From: Armatimonadota bacterium
GTDB taxonomy: Bacteria > Armatimonadota > DASRZA01
NCBI GenBank assembly: GCA_035686845.1
Contig: DASRZA010000447.1
Location: forward strand, 1 to 63,834
DNA: 63,834 nt
Direction: 5' to 3'
The notes below the pieces were generated by a model. It saw only the letters and a list, made by a program, of their open reading frames with translations. It had not been told where the DNA came from and ran no database searches. This document shows positions 25,837 through 35,402 of the stretch, in pieces. The stretch's first letter is position 1, and every line of letters starts with the position of its first letter. A program made the position numbers and the translations under genes.

Positions 25837-28428
25837 ATGATGGAACCAAATCGGCGCGCCGCGGTCGCGGCTCTCGCGGCGGTGGTCGCAGGTCTGCTGG
25901 CGCCGCTTCCGGCGCTGGCGCAATCGCCCGCTAACACGACGGAATTTCGCCCGCCGGCGGTACCCCTGGTCACCTTCGACCCGTACCTGAGCATCTGGTC
26001 GGAGGCGGATCACCTCACGGACGAAAATACCCGGCACTGGACACGGCGTGAGCAGTCGCTGCGAAGCCTCATCCGGATCGATGGCAAAACGTATCGCTTG
26101 ATGGGCGCCGATCCCGCCGCGGTTCCAGCGTTCCCGCAGACCGGTTTACGCGTGTTTCCGACCCGCACCATTTACAATTTCGACAATGCGCACGTCCACG
26201 TCACCATGACCTTTATGACGGCGGCGCTGCCTCACGATCTGAACATTTTATCCCGGCCCTTGAGCTATATCACCTGGCAGGTCCGATCGGTCGATGGAGC
26301 GCGGCACACCGTCTCGATCTACGACAGCGCCAGTTCTGAGCTGGTGGTCAACACGCCAGATGAGAAGGTGGATTGGTCACGGGCGCGCATGGGAACTCTG
26401 ACCGCCATGCGAATGGGAACGGTGGACCAGCCCATCCTCCAGATGTCGGGGGATGGCGTGCGGATCAACTGGGGCTACGCTTATCTCGCGGCGTCCCGCG
26501 CGCAATCAACGTCGGCGATCGGCGGTGACCAGACTCTGCTCAGCTCCTTCGTGGACCACGGCGCTCTTCCGGCCCGGGACGATACCCGGGCCCCCCGCGC
26601 GGTCAGCGACGATCAGCCGGTAATGGCGTTGGTATTTAACCTGGGCGTCATCGGCGCGGCCCCCGTATCGCGGCACGTCATGGTGGCCTACGATGAGATT
26701 TACGCCATCAAGTATTTTGGGCAGAAGCTGCGGCCATACTGGCGGCGCAATGGCGCGACGCCATCCACGCTTCTTCAGAGCGCCGAACACGATTACACTA
26801 ACGTTTCGCAGCGGTGCGCCGCATTCGACCAGGAGTTGATGGCGGATCTTAGTCGAGAGGGCGGCCCACGGTACGCTCAGCTTGCGGCGCTCGCCTATCG
26901 CCAATGCCTGGCCGGCACGGGCCTCGCCGCCGACGCCAACAAGCAGCCCCTCCTCTTCACGAAAGAAAACACAAGCAACGGGGATATTGCGACCGTCGAC
27001 GTCATCTTTCCCATGGATCCGATGATGATTCTCTTCAGCCCGACTCTGGCGAAAGCGTCACTCGTCCCCGACCTCAGCTACGCCGCGTCCGGCCGGTGGC
27101 GCTTTCCGAATGCGCCGCACGATCTGGGAACCTACCCGATTGTTCGAGGCACGGACAACGGTGGGGAAGGCATGCCGGTCGAGGAGAGCGGCAACATGAT
27201 CATTCTCTGCGACGCCATCGCGCAGGAGGATGGGAATGCCAGGTTCGTTGCGCCGTGGTGGTCCAAGATCACGCAGTGGGCGCAATACCTCGAAAAGTAT
27301 GGGCTTGATCCCAAAAATCAGCTCTGCACCGATGATTTTATGGGTCACCTGGCGCATAACGCGAATCTTTCGGTGAAGGCAATTCTGGCGCTCGCCGCCT
27401 ACGGCGATCTTTGCCGGATGCGCGGCGATAAGGCCGACGCGGCACGGTATACGAAAGAGGCGAAAACCGACGCCGCGCACTGGGTTCGCGTAACGGCGGA
27501 TGGCGGCCACTCCCGCCTGGCGTTTGACCGGCCCGGCACCTGGAGCCAGAAGTATAACCTGGTCTGGGATAAGATTCTAGCCCTTAATGTTTTTCCCCCG
27601 AGCGTCGCGCAGCAGGAGATCGCTTACTATAAGAAAATGATGCAGCCTTACGGCGTCCCGCTCGACTCCCGGACGCATCTCACCAAGACCGATTGGTCAC
27701 TCTGGAGCGCGACTCTGGCCAGCAGCAAGGCCGACTTTGAGACGCTGGTATCACCGATCTATGATTACATGGACCGTACCAGCTCGCGAGATCCGCTCGT
27801 GGATTCCTATGTGACCGATAATATCAAAAGCGATGGAATGCACGCCCGCCCGGTTGTCGGCGGCCTCTTTATCAAAATGCTGGCGGATCGGGCCATGTGG
27901 AAGAAATGGTCGAGCGGCGACCGCACGAAAGTGGGCAATTGGGCGCCGATCCCGGCCCGGCCGAAGCTTGTAGTCGTCGTTCCCACGGCGATGCAGCGGC
28001 CGGCCATCTGGAATTACACGACCCAGCGTCCCCCGGACGGCTGGACCAAACCCGGTTTCGACGATTCACAATGGAAGCAAGGCCGGGCCGGATTCGGAAC
28101 GACCGGAACTCCCGGCGCGGTCATCGGGACCACCTGGAATACCGATGACATCTGGCTTCGCCGGACGCTCACCATGCCGGCCGGGAACCATCCAAACCTT
28201 GTCTTTCTCGTCTATCATGACGAGGACGTTCAGATCTTCGTGAACGGCGTTCCCGCTGCCGGTGAGGCCGGCTTTGCTACGAGTTACGTCCCGTTGGACA
28301 TAACCGCGCCCGCCCGCGCGATGCTGAAGCCCGGTGCGCACGTCACCCTCGCCGTTCACTGCCACCAGACGACCGGTGGTCAGGATATCGACGTGGGTCT
28401 CGCGAGCGTCGTTCAGAAAACGCGATGA
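25837..28428 (+). CDS. Glutaminase-A-like glycoside hydrolase family protein (DUF4964/DUF5127/DUF4965/DUF1793 architecture) with a C-terminal beta-sandwich
   Basis: Signal peptide followed by PPAVPLVTFDPYLSIWS...; 863 aa. The architecture is recalled from family knowledge. Confidence 0.7.
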   Translation: MMEPNRRAAVAALAAVVAGLLAPLPALAQSPANTTEFRPPAVPLVTFDPYLSIWSEADHLTDENTRHWTRREQSLRSLIRIDGKTYRLMGADPAAVPAFPQTGLRVFPTRTIYNFDNAHVHVTMTFMTAALPHDLNILSRPLSYITWQVRSVDGARHTVSIYDSASSELVVNTPDEKVDWSRARMGTLTAMRMGTVDQPILQMSGDGVRINWGYAYLAASRAQSTSAIGGDQTLLSSFVDHGALPARDDTRAPRAVSDDQPVMALVFNLGVIGAAPVSRHVMVAYDEIYAIKYFGQKLRPYWRRNGATPSTLLQSAEHDYTNVSQRCAAFDQELMADLSREGGPRYAQLAALAYRQCLAGTGLAADANKQPLLFTKENTSNGDIATVDVIFPMDPMMILFSPTLAKASLVPDLSYAASGRWRFPNAPHDLGTYPIVRGTDNGGEGMPVEESGNMIILCDAIAQEDGNARFVAPWWSKITQWAQYLEKYGLDPKNQLCTDDFMGHLAHNANLSVKAILALAAYGDLCRMRGDKADAARYTKEAKTDAAHWVRVTADGGHSRLAFDRPGTWSQKYNLVWDKILALNVFPPSVAQQEIAYYKKMMQPYGVPLDSRTHLTKTDWSLWSATLASSKADFETLVSPIYDYMDRTSSRDPLVDSYVTDNIKSDGMHARPVVGGLFIKMLADRAMWKKWSSGDRTKVGNWAPIPARPKLVVVVPTAMQRPAIWNYTTQRPPDGWTKPGFDDSQWKQGRAGFGTTGTPGAVIGTTWNTDDIWLRRTLTMPAGNHPNLVFLVYHDEDVQIFVNGVPAAGEAGFATSYVPLDITAPARAMLKPGAHVTLAVHCHQTTGGQDIDVGLASVVQKTR

Positions 28429-29468
28429 GAAATCGATCGGTTAAGCAGGGCGCTGTACCGGGTCACGACAACAGCCGGAAGAAACTCTTCTCGTTCCCGG
28501 ACATGATCTGGGATTTAATCCAGGGTTTTGTTCGCGGCCCCTGGGTCGCGGAACTCGACATCCAGACGCTTGAGAGGGTCAATGCCAGCTTCATCACGGA
28601 TAACTTGCGGGGTCGCGAAGATGACATAATCTGGCGGGTACAATGGAGAGGCGCGTGGATCTATGTTTACGTCCTGATGGAGTTCCAATCCACCGTCGAT
28701 CCCATGATGGCGCTGCGAATGATGGCCTACGAGAGCGTGTTCTATCAGGACAGCGTTAACACAGGAGCCGTACCGTCGGGTTCCAAACTCCCCGCGGTAT
28801 TACCGCTGGTCCTCTATAATGGATCGAGGCCATGGACAGCGGCTCAGAATATAGCAGATCTCATAGGACCAATGCCCGAGGGGCTGGAGCGATTCCGACC
28901 GCAGCTTCCATACCTGCTGCTGGATGAAAAGCAGTGCAGCGAGGTAGATACAGGTCCCCTGCCGAACTTAGCCGCAGCGATGTTCAAGTTAGAGTACTCC
29001 AGAACAGCGGAGGGAGCCAGGGAAGTGGTAGAATTATTATTGGAGTGGCTCAAGGGGCCAGAAAAGGCGGATCTGGCGCGGGCGTTCACAGCCTGGATCA
29101 AACAGGTACTGCTGCCCTCACGACTGCGAGGGGTACCGCTGCCGCCGATCGAAGATCTGAAGGAGGTAAAGGCGATGTTAGAAGAATCGACAATCGATTG
29201 GACCCTTCCCTATCGTGAACAGGGTCTCCGCGAAGGCAGACAACAAGGGCTAAAGGAAGGAAGGCAAGAAGGAAGGCAAGAAGGAAGGCAAGAAGGAAGG
29301 CAGGAAGGTGCGGCAGAGATTCTGACGCGGCAGATAGAACTCTCTTTTGGACGCCTTACCGAAGCAACGCGCCGGCGAATCGCCGAGGCGGACACTGAGA
29401 CGCTGCTGGCCTGGTCGGAGCGAGTGCGGACCGCCCAGCGAGTTGAAGACATCCTGGATCCCGCATAG
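28425..29468 (+). CDS. Rpn/YhgA-like PD-(D/E)xK recombination-promoting nuclease or putative transposase
   Basis: HDNSRKKLFSFPDMIWDLIQGF..., DIIWRV...IYVLMEFQS, and a C-terminal EGRQ-repeat tail. It has an ATGA overlap with the upstream gene. Confidence 0.75.
   Translation: MRNRSVKQGAVPGHDNSRKKLFSFPDMIWDLIQGFVRGPWVAELDIQTLERVNASFITDNLRGREDDIIWRVQWRGAWIYVYVLMEFQSTVDPMMALRMMAYESVFYQDSVNTGAVPSGSKLPAVLPLVLYNGSRPWTAAQNIADLIGPMPEGLERFRPQLPYLLLDEKQCSEVDTGPLPNLAAAMFKLEYSRTAEGAREVVELLLEWLKGPEKADLARAFTAWIKQVLLPSRLRGVPLPPIEDLKEVKAMLEESTIDWTLPYREQGLREGRQQGLKEGRQEGRQEGRQEGRQEGAAEILTRQIELSFGRLTEATRRRIAEADTETLLAWSERVRTAQRVEDILDPA
29256..29303. repeat. 12-bp tandem repeat, 4 copies (gaaggaaggcaa)
   Basis: Copies at 29256..29267, 29268..29279, 29280..29291 and 29292..29303; the last has one mismatch. 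They encode (EGRQ)n. Confidence 0.9.
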
Positions 29469-29478
29469 CCCGGAAAGC

Positions 29479-30639
29479 TCACGAGCGTTCCCTCAATACG
29501 CGCCGCGAAGTACCGGATGGGACGCCACAGATTAAATCGGTGTAGAGGACCTCGTACTGCGCCGTTGACCAATCTGCGTTATGGGCGCGTGCCCACGCCA
29601 GCGCGTTTCGTCCCAACTGACGGCGGCGGATTGGGTCGGCCAGAAGATCGAGAACAGCGGCGGCGAGCGCACGATCGTCGCCGACGGGAACCGCGAAAGC
29701 GGCGCCTGGCGCGAGCTGGGCCACGTGCCCTACGGCGGTCCCTACGGTAGGAAGCCCCGCGGCCGCGGCCTCGAGCGTCACCACCTCTCCGGCCTCGTGC
29801 AGCGAGCTGTGCAGCAGCAAATGACTTCTCGCCATGAAGTCGGCGACCTGCCCGCTAGGCTGGAAGCCATGAAATTGAACGGAATCCCCCAGTTCCAGTT
29901 CCGCGGCCAGGCGATGGATGGCGCCGTTCAACGTATCCATACCCACGATATCGAGCCGGGTGTTGGGATTGACGGCGTGGATTCTGGCGAATGCCCGCAG
30001 CAGCGTGGGCTGGTCCTTCACGCGGTTGAGGCTGGCAACGTGAAGGAGAGTCCACGGCGGATGCGGCGGTGGAGACGTGGGAGGCGAAAAGAGGTCGGTG
30101 TCGACACCAAACGGCGCGAGCAGCGCGTCACGCCGGAGTCTACGGACCAGTTCAAGGTTGTAGGGGCTCTCCACCGTCACCATCTGAGCGAGACGAAGCG
30201 CAACTGCAACAGTCATCCGGGCACGGATGCTCAATTGGGAACCGTAGTCAATCTGCGGGACCCGCGCCAATTCCCCACCAACGACGGACACGACGCATGG
30301 AGCGCGAAATAATCGGCCGGCCAGGGCCGCCGCGAGTCCACTTTGCGAGGCCCACAGCCCATGAAACACGTCGAAGCCGCCCGCAGCGTGTTCACGCCAG
30401 ATCATTTGCAGCGTGCTCGTCATCAGCCGGAGAAGCCGTGGTCGACGGCGTTCTTCCCCAACATTATGGATTTGGGCGCCCACGAGAGGGTAGTGAGCCG
30501 GCCAGGGATACTGCTGCAGCGTGAAGACGTGGACCTCGTGCCGCCTCGCCAGCCGCTCGACGAACCATAGAAAAATCGGGAGCACTCGCTCGGTCCCGCT
30601 GCGATCGAAGCCGCCGGGCGCCACCAATCCTATCTTCAT
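29479..30639 (-). CDS. GT4-family (GT-B) glycosyltransferase, last gene of the 13-gene operon
   Basis: The start is set at ATG 30639 (MKIGLVAPGGFDRSGTE), giving an ATGA overlap with the upstream stop. The C-terminal block reads ...LLHSSLHEAGEVVTLEAAAAGLPTVGT. Confidence 0.75.
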   Translation of the reverse strand: MKIGLVAPGGFDRSGTERVLPIFLWFVERLARRHEVHVFTLQQYPWPAHYPLVGAQIHNVGEERRRPRLLRLMTSTLQMIWREHAAGGFDVFHGLWASQSGLAAALAGRLFRAPCVVSVVGGELARVPQIDYGSQLSIRARMTVAVALRLAQMVTVESPYNLELVRRLRRDALLAPFGVDTDLFSPPTSPPPHPPWTLLHVASLNRVKDQPTLLRAFARIHAVNPNTRLDIVGMDTLNGAIHRLAAELELGDSVQFHGFQPSGQVADFMARSHLLLHSSLHEAGEVVTLEAAAAGLPTVGTAVGHVAQLAPGAAFAVPVGDDRALAAAVLDLLADPIRRRQLGRNALAWARAHNADWSTAQYEVLYTDLICGVPSGTSRRVLRERS

Positions 30640-31799
30640 ACGAATTCCCCCGGTCGGCGCAGAGAGGTGAGCGGGATTTGCGCAGACGCCGTTCGTGGGA
30701 TCAGTGTCTGATAGGCGGAGACGGCCCGCCGCCCGATCGCTTCGAAGGTGAACCGGTCCTCGAAGAATCGGCGGATTTGGACGCGGGTATCCGCCGCGAG
30801 CCGGCTTTCCCAATCTACGAGAGTGTGCGCCAATGATGCGGCGTCTCCCACGCGCCACAGTCCGCCCCACCGGCCGTTATCGGTCAATCGTCGAAACGAG
30901 GGTATATCTGTCAGGATCGGTACCGCCCCGCAGGAAATTGCTTCCAGCGCCGCATATCCGCTGCCCTCGTGATGACTTCCGAGGAGAAAGAGGTCCGCGC
31001 TGTTGTAAAACGCTTCCAGCTCGGCATGCGGTCGCGGACCAATTAGAGTCACGCAGCGGGCGACGCCCGGCCGCGAGCGGAGCCATGAGAGCACCTGCGG
31101 AAGCAGCGGCGCCTCGCCGTAAATCATCGCCAGCCTGGCGCGCGGTCGATCCTGAAGAGCCATCGCAAAGCCATCCAGCACGGTGAGTGGATCCTTGTTG
31201 GGGTCCAGGCGTCCCACCCAGAGACATAACGGATCTCCATCCATTCGAATCTGAGCGCGAGCTTCATGGCGGGGCAGCAGAGAGAAACGGCTGGAACCCT
31301 CCATTAGCTCTAACACCGGGGTCTCCGGAGACAGCAGCCCCTGACTCAACCAGGGTAATGACTGTTCCCTGGCGGTAAAGATTACCGCATCCATCTGCCG
31401 GAGAGACAATCGGAGGGCTGTACGTGCGAACGGATTGCTCGGCCGCCTGTCGGCATGGTCTTGGATCACGATCGGCGCTCCTGAAAGGAGCGATTTCAAC
31501 CTCCGCGCCTGAGGTGCGAAGCTCATGCCATTGACATGCACAACGTCGGGACGCAGGCTGGCTATCACAGAATGGAGCTCGGGGGACCGAGCGCCGGCGC
31601 CCCGTTCGTTCACAAAGTGATATTCTACGGCGCCGATAGAACGTCGTATGTTAGCTTTGAACCGCTGGACAACCACCGACTCCACGCCGGCCGCCGCCAG
31701 CCCTTCCGCCCATCCGACGAGCGTTCCGTACCGCCGGAGCAGGTCTTCAGGAGTCGCCAGATCCGAGTCATAATAGTAATTAACGGAAACCACGCGCAT
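30636..31799 (-). CDS. GT4-family glycosyltransferase
   Basis: MRVVSVNYYY..., and the GT-B C-terminal block LFLLGSHHEGSGYAALEAISCGAVPILTD. The start shares 1 nt with the upstream TAA. Confidence 0.75.
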   Translation of the reverse strand: MRVVSVNYYYDSDLATPEDLLRRYGTLVGWAEGLAAAGVESVVVQRFKANIRRSIGAVEYHFVNERGAGARSPELHSVIASLRPDVVHVNGMSFAPQARRLKSLLSGAPIVIQDHADRRPSNPFARTALRLSLRQMDAVIFTAREQSLPWLSQGLLSPETPVLELMEGSSRFSLLPRHEARAQIRMDGDPLCLWVGRLDPNKDPLTVLDGFAMALQDRPRARLAMIYGEAPLLPQVLSWLRSRPGVARCVTLIGPRPHAELEAFYNSADLFLLGSHHEGSGYAALEAISCGAVPILTDIPSFRRLTDNGRWGGLWRVGDAASLAHTLVDWESRLAADTRVQIRRFFEDRFTFEAIGRRAVSAYQTLIPRTASAQIPLTSLRRPGEFV

Positions 31800-32809
31800 T
31801 AGCGAAACCTCGATTCGATCCAGGTTCTGAACAGAAGAGCCGTGCTGCCCGGATCATCGCCGACCTTGAGACGTATGAGCGGCAGCGCCAATAAACGGTC
31901 GGCCGCGCGTTCCATAGCCGGTCGACAGACGGGGGGATCGCCCTCGATCCCTGTTAGCGACTTCCGGACCGCCGCGGGATCGGCGTCATCAATCCGTGTC
32001 TCGTTTCCGGACGTGCGATTCAGCAGCGCGACCGCACAAAGCCGGGTTCGAGAGAGGCTGGCGCCTTCCCGAATTACGTCTATGGGTATCCGGAACTTCT
32101 CCTCGCCGTTTAACCTTTTGATACTGGTCAGGCGATCCGCAGCCGGCAGCCAATTAAAGAATCTGCAGGCTTCCGGCAGAAGATGCAGATAGCGGCCACA
32201 CCCCCAGGCGACCAGTTCGGATGCCCCGTCGTCGATGAACGCGATATCTTCGGCGGCGATCCTGAATCCGGCCCGTACGCATGCGCAAGAAAGCGTGGAT
32301 TTGCCCGATCCGTTCGTTCCGGTAAGCAGTACGCCGCAGCCGGCGTACGACAATGCCGCGGCATGCATGGTGGCGGGCCGGTAACGGCTGCCGAGAAACA
32401 GTAATACGCATTCAATGAGATTCTCCTGGAAGAAGGCGCGGCGCTCCAGTAGATCGCGGCTAAGCTGCATGATTGCCTCGCCGCGGCGCCGATCCGCCGC
32501 CACCGAGGATACTCCTACTTGAAGCGAGAAACAGTCCTCATTTCGCTCGAAACGAACTGACGAGAGTACCTGATCCGGATCGGAATCCCTCTCGTCGACC
32601 AACCAGCATTTCAGCCGCACTGAAGGCGCGTTGGGATCCGCGTGACTCAACGGATCTAATACTCCCTTTGCCAGATCGAGAACCTCTGGCGAATTCGATA
32701 TGAGGCGAACCCGGACCCCGAGAAGGCTGCCGTCAAAAGACGGGTACGAGGTGAACACTACGGTCTGCCGCCCAGCGCGTGCACCTGCTCCTGACTCCAT
32801 CAGCTCCAT
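31799..32809 (-). CDS. HprK-related kinase-like P-loop protein
   Basis: GVLLTGTNGSGKSTLSCACVRAGFRIAAEDIAFID matches the HPr kinase C-terminal P-loop pattern. TGATG junction with the upstream gene. Confidence 0.65.
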   Translation of the reverse strand: MELMESGAGARAGRQTVVFTSYPSFDGSLLGVRVRLISNSPEVLDLAKGVLDPLSHADPNAPSVRLKCWLVDERDSDPDQVLSSVRFERNEDCFSLQVGVSSVAADRRRGEAIMQLSRDLLERRAFFQENLIECVLLFLGSRYRPATMHAAALSYAGCGVLLTGTNGSGKSTLSCACVRAGFRIAAEDIAFIDDGASELVAWGCGRYLHLLPEACRFFNWLPAADRLTSIKRLNGEEKFRIPIDVIREGASLSRTRLCAVALLNRTSGNETRIDDADPAAVRKSLTGIEGDPPVCRPAMERAADRLLALPLIRLKVGDDPGSTALLFRTWIESRFR

Positions 32810-33975
32810 CAGAAAGCGATATCCGCAAGGAGGCCAATCTCATGGGATCCGTGGTCCTGGCTCACGTATTCGGCGCTCAGACGAAGATGGGGATACGGAT
32901 AACCCCGAAGCGATATGAGCCGCGCATCGGAGTAAGCGGTTTTGCCGCCCATGGATACCGTTTGCACTCCCAATCGCGCCGTAATCCCGAGGCGCGGCAT
33001 CAGTAGATCGTCAGCCTCTAGGAAAGCGCTGCGCAAGATGCCCGCCTGTCCGCTGCCCGTCGGGTTATTATCCTGCCCATAAACAGCCGCGCCGCTTAAC
33101 TGGACTGTTCGCCAGTTGTAAAGTCCATCCAGTCCGATGCGTCGAGAAGTCTGGTGGCTGGAAGGGTCGGCGGGATCACGGGGAGGATGAGCGAACAACG
33201 CGAAGATGCCCGCGGTCTTTCCGGCGGGACCGGTAGCGACTCGCATGAATAGATCGCGGAATCGCCCAAAGAACTGCCGATCGCCCACCTGGTTACCCGT
33301 CGCCAGAAACGCCGGGGCGCCGGCGACAAGGTAACCGCGTACATTTCGCGGATCACCCGCCGCGATCTGAATACCGGTCATCGCGGAGCCCAGGACCACG
33401 TCGTTGCCGAAAATCCCCCCAGTAAAGAGCAGCGGCTCAAAGACAGTCGTCCGGTTGATGACCGGGCTGTAGGCGTAGGGCAGCTCAAACTGTCCCGCCT
33501 TCACCATCACCTTTTGCTTATCGTCCACCACCTGCTGCACCCAGAGCTCATAAGTCGGGAATGACTGAGTCTTATCGTCGATGAAGAGTGAATGATGCAT
33601 ATAAAACGATGTGCGTTGTGTGAGGAGACCCCCGGCAAGAAGCTGTGTGTCGGTGAAATTGGCGCGGCTCGATCCCGGCTCGAACTGCTCGTGGGTCGGC
33701 TCAATCTGCACCGCGATTGGAATTGTCTTCTGCCACGCAAGTGGAGATTTGTTCTCCGCTCCCGGCATCCGGAATCCGTTTGCTTTGAATTCCTGCCCAA
33801 ACGTATTCAGTCGAGGGAAGCCGTCGTGGCAGGCCTGGCAGGGGAAATGATACGTCCTCGCGAAGAACGGGGTCGCCTTCGCCGGTTTAGCTGTCAGAAG
33901 CAGCGCGGCGACAGCCGTCACCATAAGAACGGTTGGGAACCACGCTGCTTGCTTCTGAATGTATCGCGTTTGCAT
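32809..33975 (-). CDS. Predicted outer-membrane beta-barrel protein with an N-terminal CxxCH motif
   Basis: I prefer the ATG at 33975, preceded by AAGGAG 6 nt upstream. Signal peptide, then TYHFPCQACHDGFPRLNTFG. Alternating hydrophobic strands run throughout, and the sequence ends in a terminal Phe (...LLADIAF). Confidence 0.6.
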   Translation of the reverse strand: MQTRYIQKQAAWFPTVLMVTAVAALLLTAKPAKATPFFARTYHFPCQACHDGFPRLNTFGQEFKANGFRMPGAENKSPLAWQKTIPIAVQIEPTHEQFEPGSSRANFTDTQLLAGGLLTQRTSFYMHHSLFIDDKTQSFPTYELWVQQVVDDKQKVMVKAGQFELPYAYSPVINRTTVFEPLLFTGGIFGNDVVLGSAMTGIQIAAGDPRNVRGYLVAGAPAFLATGNQVGDRQFFGRFRDLFMRVATGPAGKTAGIFALFAHPPRDPADPSSHQTSRRIGLDGLYNWRTVQLSGAAVYGQDNNPTGSGQAGILRSAFLEADDLLMPRLGITARLGVQTVSMGGKTAYSDARLISLRGYPYPHLRLSAEYVSQDHGSHEIGLLADIAF

Positions 33976-33986
33976 CGGTATCTCCT

Positions 33987-35402
33987 TCAAATGGTTCCGA
34001 TGAGCCGGATGAGGACGCCGATCGTGATCCGAACGAGCCGCAGCATCCGGTAGGGGTAGAACAGGGCGCGTCGAAAACGTCCCCTAACGCCATATTGATC
34101 CCGAACGATCTCTCCCGTTGGAATCAGCCATCGCAGCAGAATCGAAGGGCGAATCCAGGGCGCCCGCGCCATCAGCCATCGACGGATTACTATTTCGTGT
34201 CCCGGCGCATCGTCAGCCCGCAGCACATAAGCGGGCGATAGCCGATGCCGACTCCATCCCACGACCGCGGTTGGAGTGGACCGTTCAGACTTCGCCTCAA
34301 CAGCATCAGGCGGTGATCTGACTGAGCCATGCGGCGCCCACGCTTCGCGGCCGATCGGGAGCGATTGCCGCGACTCCATCGCTTCAGCCGGAACCGGAAC
34401 ACCTAATTCCCGATGTACGAAGATCAGCCCTCCACGCAGCGCCGACGATACTCCGAATGAATGCGCGAGCGACAGCGCGGAATCCCAGTCGATGCCGCCA
34501 TCACTGCGCTGGATTACGAGGCTGATATCCTGGGCGAAGAGAAGCCGAGTCCAGGCGTGCTGAACCGCGTGCTGCGCGAGGTGGACGAGAGCTGCTTCGG
34601 GAGAGAGCACGCGCGCCGGAGCGCCTTCTGGAAAATGGATCATCCGGCTGGTACGGAAGACGGATTCATGATCGTGCTCTCTCGCGCAGCCGAAGCCATC
34701 GCGCAGCAGCGTCCAATGGATTTCGACCGCGATCCGGTGGCAGTGCCTCGCTATCGCAGCGGAATCGATCGCTGCGTCAAACTCAGGCGCGACGGCGCTT
34801 GTAGCGATATCTTCTGAACCGGAGAAAGACCAGCACTGATGAGCCCTGGCCTGGAGACTCTCGACGCTATCGGAACGATAGCCGATCGCGGCCGCTACCC
34901 GACCGGCAGCTTCACACTGAGCCGGATCGACCAGCAGATCGATGTCGGCGAACGGACGATGCCTCCAATCGGGATAAACAGTTTGAGCGAGCGCCGGTCC
35001 TTTGAGGAGAATGACCGGGATTCCGGCGCCGTCCAGCGCTCGAATCAACCGCGCGGCCTCTCGCAGCAGCACTTCGGTTCTAAACGCGCTGCCCTCGTAA
35101 AGGCTTTCAACGCGTGCTGCAATCGCCGGCGGCGCCAGAGGATCGGACCGGTAGTCCCGCAGGTAGAGCGCCAACTGCAGAATCAGACCGTGGCGAATGC
35201 TCTTCGCGACCAGCAAGCCCCAGTTGATACCGGTTAGCGATCGGGAGATGTTATCGGGACTCCGCAGCGCGTGTCCCAGCTCTCGACGCGCGTCCGCAGG
35301 GTCCGGACGGGCGCAGGCCAGCAGCGCTCTTTCGTGCGGGAGCAGATGCTGGTCCGCGGGCCGGCCGAATCTTACCATCTTGGAGAAATCGAGGCCGTTC
35401 AT
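33987..35402 (-). CDS. Uncharacterised nucleotidyltransferase family protein (NTP_transf_5-like)
   Basis: GIPVILLKGPALAQTVYPDWRHRPFADIDLLVDP is the signature block of this family. ATGA overlap with the upstream gene. Confidence 0.65.
   Translation of the reverse strand: MNGLDFSKMVRFGRPADQHLLPHERALLACARPDPADARRELGHALRSPDNISRSLTGINWGLLVAKSIRHGLILQLALYLRDYRSDPLAPPAIAARVESLYEGSAFRTEVLLREAARLIRALDGAGIPVILLKGPALAQTVYPDWRHRPFADIDLLVDPAQCEAAGRVAAAIGYRSDSVESLQARAHQCWSFSGSEDIATSAVAPEFDAAIDSAAIARHCHRIAVEIHWTLLRDGFGCAREHDHESVFRTSRMIHFPEGAPARVLSPEAALVHLAQHAVQHAWTRLLFAQDISLVIQRSDGGIDWDSALSLAHSFGVSSALRGGLIFVHRELGVPVPAEAMESRQSLPIGREAWAPHGSVRSPPDAVEAKSERSTPTAVVGWSRHRLSPAYVLRADDAPGHEIVIRRWLMARAPWIRPSILLRWLIPTGEIVRDQYGVRGRFRRALFYPYRMLRLVRITIGVLIRLIGTI

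Noticed and set aside
25264-25994. Two overlapping minus-strand ORFs (174 and 179 aa) in the gap before the glutaminase-like gene.
   Set aside because: They are R/A/G/S-rich, they overlap each other and the start of the 25837 gene, and the plus strand carries a more protein-like though decayed domain relic.
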